A stretch of 64,000 bases of DNA. Origin: a virus. A program made the position numbers and the translations under genes. This document shows, in pieces, positions 8,653-16,873 of this stretch. Position 1 is the stretch's first letter. Each line of letters starts with the position of its first letter. The notes under the pieces were generated by a model. The model did no database searches and was not told the DNA's origin. It saw only the letters and a list, made by a program, of their open reading frames with translations. The stretch lies in the IMG/VR virus record IMGVR_UViG_3300037189_023236; one strand, written 5' to 3'.

Positions 8653-9838
8653 GAATATGCTAGATCACACGCAAGACATCAGCGGCCGCGAAACCCATCG
8701 GTTATTGTCTTTGTATACGCCGCCGGATTTTGTTAAATCTGCGTCCGCTGACCGGCTCAACGGCGATCCCGAAAAGCTTGCTAGGCATCTTTACGCCGAT
8801 CCGAGCAAGAAACTTTATCCATGCCATACAGCTCCTGCTACTTGGATGTCTGCATTATGGTTTACCGAAAAACGAGCAGAATTTGACGCCGCGATGGCCT
8901 CGACCATCGAAACGCGCATTAAAACGGCTGCAAACTATTTTGGCATCGCGGGGGCCGTAGAGCAATTAATGGAGAAAGTGGCCCGCGACAACAGCAACGA
9001 ATTGGCCAAGCTACCCGACACGGCATTTGCCATCGTTTGGAAAGACGAAGCCGGCAACACTGAACGCCACTGGCCCATGCGCAATGCGACCGAGGTTAAG
9101 TTTGCCTGCGCGCATTTCCGCAAGTATCGCGACGAGTTCATTTTTGCCGATCGGCATAAAATCGCTAATAAAATTCTCGACAAGGCGCTCGAGTTTGGGG
9201 CCGACACATCGGCGGCGGAGGGCATTTTGGAGTCGACGGCCGGGCGTGGCTTGTGCGCCACAAAAGTCGCGGCCGAGCTTCTCAGGGACCGCGCTGCACG
9301 TACGGCTAGGACGCACGCAGCGCTTAGCGAAGAAATGACCAAGCTTGCCGAGTTAGTAGAAGCAAACCCGGCAGAAACGCAGCACGAAGAGTGCCGGCTA
9401 AAGCTGGCCGCCGTAATTGATCAATTTGACCGCGAGACGAAGCTCTGCCGGTTGTACGACGATAACGGCCTCTCTCGCGCTGAAGAAGTCCTTTTCGCTA
9501 TCACCGAGAAGGTTGCCCGCGATTTTATGAGTGAAAACGTGGAAACAACCACCGGTAATGTGTACGCCCTGGAAGATATCGAAAAACTGGCTGTTGAAGA
9601 TATTCGCAGCTGGATGGGCGACGACTTTGCGGACGCTGTCTCAACCGGCGGCGTCTACACGGATCGCGACAAGCTGGCGGCAATTGTTCCCACGCTTGAT
9701 CGTGGAATGGCCGCCACTTTCGACCGGCTTATGCAAGAAAAGCGCGCCTATCCGATTGTGACAAAGGCGGCCGCGGCGTCGCTAATGCCCGAAGACAGGC
9801 TTTATGATTTAGCCGCAGAGTTTAAGTTTGACGGCTGA
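8651..9838 (+). CDS. putative head-associated protein with two DUF6582-like repeats
   Basis: LPDTAFA...RHWPMRNATEVKFA and the related LARHLYA...KLYPCHTAPATWMS. Many K-x-A motifs. Start is ATG 8651 or 8633. Confidence 0.55.
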   Translation: MNMLDHTQDISGRETHRLLSLYTPPDFVKSASADRLNGDPEKLARHLYADPSKKLYPCHTAPATWMSALWFTEKRAEFDAAMASTIETRIKTAANYFGIAGAVEQLMEKVARDNSNELAKLPDTAFAIVWKDEAGNTERHWPMRNATEVKFACAHFRKYRDEFIFADRHKIANKILDKALEFGADTSAAEGILESTAGRGLCATKVAAELLRDRAARTARTHAALSEEMTKLAELVEANPAETQHEECRLKLAAVIDQFDRETKLCRLYDDNGLSRAEEVLFAITEKVARDFMSENVETTTGNVYALEDIEKLAVEDIRSWMGDDFADAVSTGGVYTDRDKLAAIVPTLDRGMAATFDRLMQEKRAYPIVTKAAAASLMPEDRLYDLAAEFKFDG

Positions 9839-10035
9839 GTCGCGGCAATTCGCTGTCTTTGTGCGCGCAAGTCAAACTTGATTTTCGGAATTAGTTCCGA
9901 GCGCAATACCGTTACGTTTGGCGGCGCGACAAAACCAAGGCGCACAGAGCCGTTGTCGCGGATCTCAATGACTTTAACCTGAATATCCTCGCCAATTTCG
10001 ATTGTCTCGCCCTCTCGACGCGTTAAAACAAGCAC
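9802..10035 (-). CDS. csrA: carbon storage regulator CsrA/RsmA
   Basis: MLVLTRREGETIEIGEDIQVKVIEI..GSVRLGFVAPPNVTVLRSEL is the CsrA consensus. Confidence 0.93.
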   Translation of the reverse strand: MLVLTRREGETIEIGEDIQVKVIEIRDNGSVRLGFVAPPNVTVLRSELIPKIKFDLRAQRQRIAATQPSNLNSAAKS

Positions 10036-10042
10036 GGCTTCC

Positions 10043-10723
10043 TTACCTTTTGGTGAGTGACTTAGATAGCGTTTGTACTACAGCAGCCGTAGAACCATTA
10101 ACGAGCTGCAGCGCTTGCAACTGCTCAATTAGCATTACCGCTTTTTGGCGCAGCGTATTGTCAATTTCGGCAGACTTGCCGGCCTCGGTGTCATAAATGG
10201 CGTTGAACATCAGCGGATCGTCTGAGAACTGATTCGCCGCGTCAGACACGTTAGCGCGGCGAATAGCGATTTGCAGCACGTCAGGCGCGTTGATAATGCC
10301 TTCGCTGTCCAGCACAGAACCGATGTACCCGCGTATCTCGTCATTGAATGGGCCGTCTTCGTCATCCTCTGGCGGCGCAATCAAAAGCGCCTCTGTTATA
10401 CCCCAAGCAATTTCTGAGCTGTCTGCGGGGTCGAACATATCCGGGCGGTATGTGTCTCCGCTCAGGATATTACAGAATGTGATAAAGTCCGGGAGGTTGT
10501 TGTAAAACGAGTCTGAGGTCAGGATATTGATCGCCACCATAAGCTTGTCGATAGCGTGTTGCGGCAAATCAACGCTGAACTCCTCCTCGATTTCCATCAC
10601 AATTGTGGCCGGATCCCACTGCAGCGCTTCTACGCCAAACCTATCCAGAAACGCTGTCAATAGAACTATCCCGAACGTGTGCGGGCTTTTCCACATCTCC
10701 GTCAGCAGCTTGTCGTTTGGCAT
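10043..10723 (-). CDS. hypothetical acidic helical phage protein
   Basis: Long ORF, likely start MPNDKLL at 10723 with GGAG upstream. Confidence 0.65.
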   Translation of the reverse strand: MPNDKLLTEMWKSPHTFGIVLLTAFLDRFGVEALQWDPATIVMEIEEEFSVDLPQHAIDKLMVAINILTSDSFYNNLPDFITFCNILSGDTYRPDMFDPADSSEIAWGITEALLIAPPEDDEDGPFNDEIRGYIGSVLDSEGIINAPDVLQIAIRRANVSDAANQFSDDPLMFNAIYDTEAGKSAEIDNTLRQKAVMLIEQLQALQLVNGSTAAVVQTLSKSLTKR

Positions 10724-11165
10724 GCAACCCGCTCCGTTTTTCAAGTTTGTATTTTCCGCGCCTATACAGCTCATTCAGATTATACGAAATCGTTTCCATA
10801 GGTACGGCCGGTAGTTGCGACACTGTTTCGCCGGAACTTAGGTCTAAAAACCCAGTATGCCCTGTCCAGGTGCAATGCGCGCCATCGGCAAATGCAACTA
10901 GCGCCATATCGGTAACGGCCTGCATCTGTACGGCCGAAGTCTCATCTAGAATTAATGCGCGCTGTTCCGGCGTTAAAAATACAAGGTTTTCCAGCATAGC
11001 CGCGGTTAGTACCCTGACAAGTAATTCTGGCGTTACCGTGTCGTCCTCCGCAGGCATGTCGAACCCGCCCGATTTGACAATATTGCGCAATTGCAACTTG
11101 CTGAACTTTACAGTCTCGGTTACCATACTCCAAGTAACCGGTTTTTCTTTTTCGGAGGTTTTCAT
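10641..11165 (-). CDS. hypothetical protein
   Basis: Protein-like composition from MKTSEKEK (ATG 11165, or 11174). The upstream part of the computed ORF is a shadow of the plus-strand gene. Confidence 0.55.
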   Translation of the reverse strand: MKTSEKEKPVTWSMVTETVKFSKLQLRNIVKSGGFDMPAEDDTVTPELLVRVLTAAMLENLVFLTPEQRALILDETSAVQMQAVTDMALVAFADGAHCTWTGHTGFLDLSSGETVSQLPAVPMETISYNLNELYRRGKYKLEKRSGLHAKRQAADGDVEKPAHVRDSSIDSVSG

Positions 11166-11439
11166 GGTATCCATTCTTGACGACATGACGCGTGTAACTC
11201 CGGGTCGCGGGGATTTCGTAGTTGCTGGTAAGGATATCGAACAACTGATGTCCGCCGCTACCTCAAATTTGGTTCTACAAAAAGCCGCCGAGGCCGGGCT
11301 GAACCGACCTGGTGTATCCAACGCAAGCGGCCCGTATCCAGTAGACGTAGACGGTAAAACCGACGACGACCTGCTAATGGGCAAACGCGGGCCGGTCGCA
11401 GGTTATCGTCGGGATTTTGTCGTGCTCGCTGGCCTTTGA
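11164..11439 (+). CDS. hypothetical protein (91 aa)
   Basis: GGAGG RBS at 11154-11158 before ATG 11164, and protein-like sequence MVSILDDMTRV... Confidence 0.7.
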   Translation: MVSILDDMTRVTPGRGDFVVAGKDIEQLMSAATSNLVLQKAAEAGLNRPGVSNASGPYPVDVDGKTDDDLLMGKRGPVAGYRRDFVVLAGL

Positions 11440-11805
11440 TTAGCGCGGCAACGGCACCGGGCGATCGCCGTCGTCATTTCTGTCTACAATAATCATTTGG
11501 CCGGGCTGCCCAAACGCAAACGACACAACAGCGAAGCACACCGGAGTGCGGCAGTCGATGTCTAGCCGTTTAGCGCAAGCATTCGCAACGCGAAAACTCA
11601 TTTTTTCTGCCGCCTCGATGGCCGCTTCTTTGGTTTTGAATAAACCAACTGGGACGTCGTCCATAGTGTGCCGCCAAACAACGAGATAGCCGTCGAGCCC
11701 GTTGCTGATTGTAGCCCCAGAATAGTCCCACGCTGGCTCGAATGCTTTCGATAAAATGCGTTCTCGCGTTGCGGTTGTCTTTTTCTTCTTTTGCGATGTT
11801 GCCAT
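11440..11805 (-). CDS. hypothetical protein
   Basis: 121 aa with a GGAG RBS and a YLVVWRHTMDDVPVGLF core. Confidence 0.65.
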   Translation of the reverse strand: MATSQKKKKTTATRERILSKAFEPAWDYSGATISNGLDGYLVVWRHTMDDVPVGLFKTKEAAIEAAEKMSFRVANACAKRLDIDCRTPVCFAVVSFAFGQPGQMIIVDRNDDGDRPVPLPR

Positions 11806-11914
11806 TTGAAAGTTTGCACTCCAAAGTTGTTGATGCGCACCAGTTTGGTGCGGGTTTCTGCCGCAAGTTTGACTACGCCGTCAAACCGATAGTGAATACT
11901 GCCAATTTTTAGTA

Positions 11915-12394
11915 CTATTGTTCGCTGTTAAATTTTTTGATGTGCGCCAGCCTTGCCGCATAGAACTGCGCGATCATCGGCGCCACGCCCTCAAAATTTT
12001 TCTGGATATCCGGCAGCACGACCTCTCGAAACACGCGAATAATCGTAGCCTCTAGCCGGCTTAGCGCTTCTTTCGTGTAGCGGGCGGACGCTGCCTGCAT
12101 AGCCGCTTCGCGCACTTCTGGAGACGTGTCAAGCAAAATCTGCAGATACGTCGGGCAGATAAACCGCGCCTCGTGACCAAGTGCGCGCATTGTTTTTAGC
12201 GTTTCTTGCGGCGCGCTAAAAATTGGCTTTCCAGGATCCGGGTCTTTTTTGTCCAAGCTCTTCGGATCTGGGTGCCGAATATTTTTCAGCAGCCAGCCGT
12301 ATTCTGCGATATCAGAATTCGGATCTGACATCGTGTATGCCGCTTTTGGCCGCGTCGGTGCATTCGGGTCGTGGAGTGTGTGTCTCTTTGCCAT
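11915..12394 (-). CDS. hypothetical protein
   Basis: 159-aa ORF, the first gene downstream of the structured non-coding region. Confidence 0.6.
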   Translation of the reverse strand: MAKRHTLHDPNAPTRPKAAYTMSDPNSDIAEYGWLLKNIRHPDPKSLDKKDPDPGKPIFSAPQETLKTMRALGHEARFICPTYLQILLDTSPEVREAAMQAASARYTKEALSRLEATIIRVFREVVLPDIQKNFEGVAPMIAQFYAARLAHIKKFNSEQ

Positions 12395-12442
12395 GCTCGC
12401 TAATAGCTAAGGAAAATCGTGATAGGTAAGACATAACGCTGG

Positions 12443-12493
12443 TGTACCAAGACTTTGCAACCTGTAAAAACAATGTTGCAAAGTCTTGGTACA
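12443..12493. repeat. perfect 19-bp inverted repeat (13-nt loop)
   Basis: TGTACCAAGACTTTGCAAC (12443-12461) and GTTGCAAAGTCTTGGTACA (12475-12493). Confidence 0.9.
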
Positions 12494-12510
12494 AACCAGA
12501 CTTGACTGCA

Positions 12511-12913
12511 TGAACTTCAGATGGCGATACCCGCGGAGAAAGTGCTACCACTTTCCTTGACCCTGTGATCCGCTTATTAGGCTACGCATACCATTCGGCG
12601 CAACTTGTTAACGCTGATCAGGCGTTAACTTATTGGGCTAGTGATATGCCGCAGGATTTTCACCTGCACCCCCCGCTCTCCTAAGTCGTGGTTAGTCGAG
12701 GATAGACCATTGGCGTCTGTGTACCCTAGCACTAAGCGTGGCCGGGCGCGTGGTCGCTACTCCACACACAGACTCAAGTGCCTTAGCACCTACCCTCACA
12801 GAATTCAACCACCAAGGTTGCTCCCGACCCCTTGCGGAATCGGCCTCAGTGTGCGTGCACCTAGAGATAGGGTCATCTCACACGCTTCTGCGGATACCGC
12901 CATCTGAAGTTCA
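12511..12913 (-). ncRNA. candidate large structured ncRNA (~400 nt), class unknown
   Basis: 16-bp perfect terminal stem that extends with G-U pairs only on the minus strand, about 8 internal hairpins including a GCAA tetraloop and a UGAAAAU T-loop-like loop, and a 7-nt potential pseudoknot. Confidence 0.7.
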
Positions 12914-12950
12914 ACTCAAAAGTCGCTGACGACAATCGATAGGAACAACT

Positions 12951-12988
12951 AATATGCCAGCATTTTGGCAAAAATTTAGCAGTCAGAA
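12951..12988 (-). promoter_or_regulatory. putative phage promoter, copy 1 (CTAAA-N16-GGCATATT)
   Basis: 24 of 38 positions are identical to 61321-61358. It lies about 40 nt upstream of the candidate ncRNA. Confidence 0.55.
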
Positions 12989-13285
12989 AGTGACCTGGCT
13001 AATCTGCCCAGTCGCCGACGCCTGTACGATTGTGATCGACTTTGTGTCGAGTAGTCGTTTGAGTTCTTCTTTTTTTTCTGCGCTCAGTGACACTAGGCAG
13101 TTTTTAATGTTGGCCAGCGCGGTACGTTGCGCATCAGCACGCCGGCGGGCGCACGCGCCGCAGCCTGTTTTCGCTGGAGCTATTGCTGTTTTCTGATTGA
13201 ACAGGCACGGAATCGCCGCCGTAAATTTTTCGTCGTTTACCATGGCTGCGATCGTACTGTCTTCAATTACAACTATTTCACGCAT
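12983..13285 (-). CDS. small Cys-containing protein
   Basis: 100 aa with GCGAC, last gene of the structural operon. Confidence 0.65.
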   Translation of the reverse strand: MREIVVIEDSTIAAMVNDEKFTAAIPCLFNQKTAIAPAKTGCGACARRRADAQRTALANIKNCLVSLSAEKKEELKRLLDTKSITIVQASATGQISQVTF

Positions 13286-13297
13286 GGGCTTCTCGCA

Positions 13298-13903
13298 TTA
13301 GCCTGAGCTAGAAGAACTAGAGCTTGAACTTGCAATCGCGCTAGAACTCGAGCTGCTGGAGCTGGCGCTAGAACTAGAGCTAGAGCTTGTTGTCGTCGCT
13401 CCGAACGTAATTTCGCCAGCCGGGAAAATACGATCTGTAGCGTCAAGCGTTCGTTTTAGATAGTAGACGTCTTCCGCCACTTCGCGGATAAATATGTGCG
13501 CCTCTGTCCGAGAGCGCAGCACTATGTCTACATAATTCAGTCTAAACCACGCCGGCTGCGCGCCCACGATTGGTGTTGTTTCTGGAAATTCTTCTAAATC
13601 CGACGGCGAGCATACGTGATTGAACGTCGCGACGCGCGACTCCGCGCCAGGCACGAGCGGCTGCAGTAGATACGCAAATATTGTCGTCGGCATGTTTTCG
13701 CCGTCAAGCGCCTCGATTCTTACGCGTACGCCGTCAGTTTGATTCAACTGATACGCACTAGCCAGCCACGTTAATTTAATACTGCGCGCTGTGATTCCAT
13801 CGCTAATCTGCAACGGCATAGGGACGTTTTTTGCAAAATCGTCGCCTAGAGTATTGTCTAGATTAACAAGATCGTTATCTGCCGGTAGATTATTGCAAGA
13901 CAT
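13298..13903 (-). CDS. putative virion protein with C-terminal poly-Ser tail
   Basis: 201 aa, about 30-residue Ser-rich C-terminus. Confidence 0.65.
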   Translation of the reverse strand: MSCNNLPADNDLVNLDNTLGDDFAKNVPMPLQISDGITARSIKLTWLASAYQLNQTDGVRVRIEALDGENMPTTIFAYLLQPLVPGAESRVATFNHVCSPSDLEEFPETTPIVGAQPAWFRLNYVDIVLRSRTEAHIFIREVAEDVYYLKRTLDATDRIFPAGEITFGATTTSSSSSSSASSSSSSSSAIASSSSSSSSSG

Positions 13904-13929
13904 ATGGCGGGCTCACTGTGTCGCGACGG

Positions 13930-14451
13930 TTATTGCGCTTCTTTCGCCTTTTTCGCTGACTTGATGGCTTTTTGTATCAGCAATTTTGCAGGCCATTCAA
14001 AAAACGGCAGATTGCGGCGCTCAGCTTCTTCTTTTAACCACCCTATGATTGTAGTCAAATTTGCTTCGCACCACTCTACGCCCATTTCATCCATGTGCCG
14101 AGCTTTTGCGTTGCATGAGCACGTTGGTGTGGAAGTTATGCCAATTCTGCTTAGATACTTTTTGAGATACGTGCCTGGCCCTGGTGGCGGCGCGGGAGCA
14201 GCAAATGGGTCCGGTAGTCCGGCTGTCGGGTCGTTAACTGCGTCCGCGCTAGTCGTTTGCCCTGTAGCCGCGGCCTGATTGTCGGGATTGTGCGGGCAAT
14301 TTGCCTTAATGTGCTCAATTGCAACAAGTAAGCCGCTTTCCGGTACGGCTGCCGGCACTGTGATTGCGTGTCCGCATGTTTGACAACGGCGGCACGTGTA
14401 CTGCCCAACCAAGTTCTCGGGGCACGGATCCGGTTCAAATCGGCAAGACAT
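13930..14451 (-). CDS. Cys-rich phage protein
   Basis: GPGTYLKKYL...TCSCNAKARHMD..GVEWC...IIGWLKEEA domain and a GAGGAG RBS. Confidence 0.7.
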   Translation of the reverse strand: MSCRFEPDPCPENLVGQYTCRRCQTCGHAITVPAAVPESGLLVAIEHIKANCPHNPDNQAAATGQTTSADAVNDPTAGLPDPFAAPAPPPGPGTYLKKYLSRIGITSTPTCSCNAKARHMDEMGVEWCEANLTTIIGWLKEEAERRNLPFFEWPAKLLIQKAIKSAKKAKEAQ

Positions 14452-14527
14452 ATCGCGCTCCTCTTACGAAACTGCCATACCCGCCGAATTGTATCAAATA
14501 GCGCGATTTTGCAAAGGGCGATTGCGG

Positions 14528-16867
14528 TTATGGACGGCAAGCCCAATACCACGTTTGATTTTGGTATCCGGGCCCGTAGCAGCCCATCGACCCGGCAGTG
14601 CATTGACAGCCGGGCGGGCAGCCGCTGTCAAAAAACGGATTTGTACCGCCAAATTGCCCATAACCGTTTCCGTCGCAGCGGTATGAGCATAGATTTCCGC
14701 CTTCGCAGTGCCCGGGCGGTGTAGGCGTCGGAGTTGGGGTGGGCGCGGCGACACAAACAGCGCGGCAATCGGCAAGCGTGTAGAAATATGTGACGTAATC
14801 CGGCAGCGGCGAGGTCAGGTAGCTACTGCACGCGCCGTTGATGCAGCGGTAATATGTGCAATTTGGCAATCCGGCGTTCGGATAACCGCTCGTACTGCAC
14901 GCGATCCGGTAGCTGGTTGCCCCGCTGCAGACAACAGTAGATATATTTGACGAGTACTTGCCGTATTGCTGGCTTGGCGTGCCGTTTACGTATCTAACAG
15001 AGCAATACCAGCATGTTGCGGTCGGTACGGGAGGATACGCAGGATATGAGCCTGTCTGGCAAACTACGTTAACGTCGCATTCGCTGAATGTTGCGTTGTA
15101 ACCGCGCGTATACTGCGTTTTAACGCCCGTTTTAGTTGTTTGGCTGCAGTACCAAATTGGAGTTGGCGTTGGCGTAGGCGTCCTAGTTGGCGTGGGTGTA
15201 GGTGTGCGCGTTGGTGTTGGGGTTGGGGTTGGGGTTGGCGGCCTGGGGGTGGGTGTTCTTGTCGGGGTTGGAGTTGGCGTGGGCGTGCGCGTCGGAGTAG
15301 GCGTAGGAGTCGGGCATGCTGATACGATAACTGTATTTGATAGCGCGCTATTCGCAGTGGCGCTGCACGTTCCGGGTGCCGTTAAAACTACACCGTAATA
15401 TCTCCACGATCCGGCGGGCGGAAAATCTGCAATTGTAAATTCTCCGGCGTCATGGTCGGCGTATCCAACAAACGTACCGCCGATCGCCGTTAGTGTTGTA
15501 CCCGTCACTCTGTATATGGCAATTTTTCTTGCAGCTGCGTTGCCGTTTCTATTTAACGTGGTATCGAGCGCGACGAACTGACAACCCGCTACAAACGGTA
15601 AAACCTGGGCACTCATTCTTTGCGCTGGAATTGTGATAGGCCAAACATTACTATACGCAGACGCGCCGCGAATTGCGTCTTGAACGTACATCCTAAAAAA
15701 CACAGACTTGCCCACGTAAAAATCAAGAGCCGTTCCGGATAAATTCGCCGGGCTGGTAGGCGCGCCAGTCCAAACACGCGTCCAACTGACGTTGTTTTCT
15801 GATATCTCAAAATGAACAAGAGACGGCGACGTCGAATTGCCAATAATAAATGATGCGGTTATGCGTAAGCTTTCTTCGCACGACGGCGCCGACATTCCTG
15901 TAATAGTCGGCGGAGAAAGCGTAGGCGTAGGTGTCGGCGTTGGAGTTCGCGTCGGAGTTGGCGTAGGCGTACTAGTCGGAACGGGTGTTGGCGTCCTCGT
16001 CGGTGTTGGCGTTGGCGTGCGCGTAGGTGTCGGGGTCGGCGTGGGCGTTGGCGTAGGTGGAATAGGTGTAGGCGTAGGTGTTCTAGTTGGCGTCGGCGTG
16101 GGCGTCGGTGTTGGTGTCCTAGTTGGTGTAGGTGTAGGTGTTGGTGTTGGTGTGGGCGGTACCGGGGTATTAGTTGGAGTCGGTGTTGGTGTTCTAGTCG
16201 GAGTCGGCGTGGGCGTCGGCGTTGGAGTTCGCGTCGGAGTTGGCGTAGGCGTACTAGTCGGAACGGGTGTTGGCGTATTAGTTGGCGTTGGTGTTGGTGT
16301 GAGTGTTGGCGTGGGTGTTGGCGTATTAGTTGGCGTTGGTGTCGGCGTGGGTGTTAGCGTCGGGGTTGGTGTCGGGGTGCATGAGACGCATGTGAAATTT
16401 TCATACGTAAGCCCACCGTTGCTGCACCGGACAGTAACGCCGCCGTTACAGCAATTTGGCTCGCAATTGCCAGCGACGTATGTTTCTTTTTTGTGATTTA
16501 GCGCCGGGATGTTGTAGCTGCAATCTCCATGATACGCGGTTGTTTCTGCGCAATTTTTTATGCAATTATCTTCGCAGTCTTCTAATGTTGTGTAGCTGCC
16601 AGTTAAGTCATCTCTGTGTACGCATTCCGCGTTTTCACATTCGTAGCTATGCGGCGGTGGCGAGCAGTCAGCGCACGACTCAACTGGGTTGCCGTTTTTC
16701 TCTGTTACGCACTCGCCGGCGGAGTTGCAATAAATGAGCGTTACAGGCTCGGACGGCGGCGGTGGGCACACATTTGGATTTAAAACCGGATTAGGGCTGG
16801 CCGCGGTGCCAGCGTCTAAGCTCGCTATGCGCATGATTCGGCGCTGTTTTATGTTGCGCTGTGACAT
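14528..16867 (-). CDS. Cys-rich adhesin-like/fibre protein with Pro-Thr linkers and FN3/Ig-like domains
   Basis: 779 aa, three PT tracts, SYxCxNxxC..Y.TLxDC motifs, and two beta-sandwich-like segments ending in SAYSNV and SALSNTV. Confidence 0.7.
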   Translation of the reverse strand: MSQRNIKQRRIMRIASLDAGTAASPNPVLNPNVCPPPPSEPVTLIYCNSAGECVTEKNGNPVESCADCSPPPHSYECENAECVHRDDLTGSYTTLEDCEDNCIKNCAETTAYHGDCSYNIPALNHKKETYVAGNCEPNCCNGGVTVRCSNGGLTYENFTCVSCTPTPTPTLTPTPTPTPTNTPTPTPTLTPTPTPTNTPTPVPTSTPTPTPTRTPTPTPTPTPTRTPTPTPTNTPVPPTPTPTPTPTPTRTPTPTPTPTPTRTPTPTPIPPTPTPTPTPTPTRTPTPTPTRTPTPVPTSTPTPTPTRTPTPTPTPTLSPPTITGMSAPSCEESLRITASFIIGNSTSPSLVHFEISENNVSWTRVWTGAPTSPANLSGTALDFYVGKSVFFRMYVQDAIRGASAYSNVWPITIPAQRMSAQVLPFVAGCQFVALDTTLNRNGNAAARKIAIYRVTGTTLTAIGGTFVGYADHDAGEFTIADFPPAGSWRYYGVVLTAPGTCSATANSALSNTVIVSACPTPTPTPTRTPTPTPTPTRTPTPRPPTPTPTPTPTRTPTPTPTRTPTPTPTPIWYCSQTTKTGVKTQYTRGYNATFSECDVNVVCQTGSYPAYPPVPTATCWYCSVRYVNGTPSQQYGKYSSNISTVVCSGATSYRIACSTSGYPNAGLPNCTYYRCINGACSSYLTSPLPDYVTYFYTLADCRAVCVAAPTPTPTPTPPGHCEGGNLCSYRCDGNGYGQFGGTNPFFDSGCPPGCQCTAGSMGCYGPGYQNQTWYWACRP

Positions 16868-16873
16868 AGCTGA

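Noticed and set aside
10603-11384. Long mutually overlapping ORFs 10603..11439 (+) and 10641..11384 (-) as fully dual-coding
   Set aside because: Each N-terminal extension is the antisense shadow of the other gene. The RBS and composition place the starts at 11164 and 11165/11174.
11806-11914. Possible small ORF or frameshift extension between 11915..12394 and 11440..11805
   Set aside because: An in-frame TAA blocks continuity and there is no good start. Only two short hairpins are present, too weak to call.
12443-12913. Retron msr/msd, RNase P, tmRNA or self-splicing intron
   Set aside because: No adjacent reverse transcriptase, no RNase P P4 consensus in the right order, no tRNA-like ends, and the region does not interrupt a gene.
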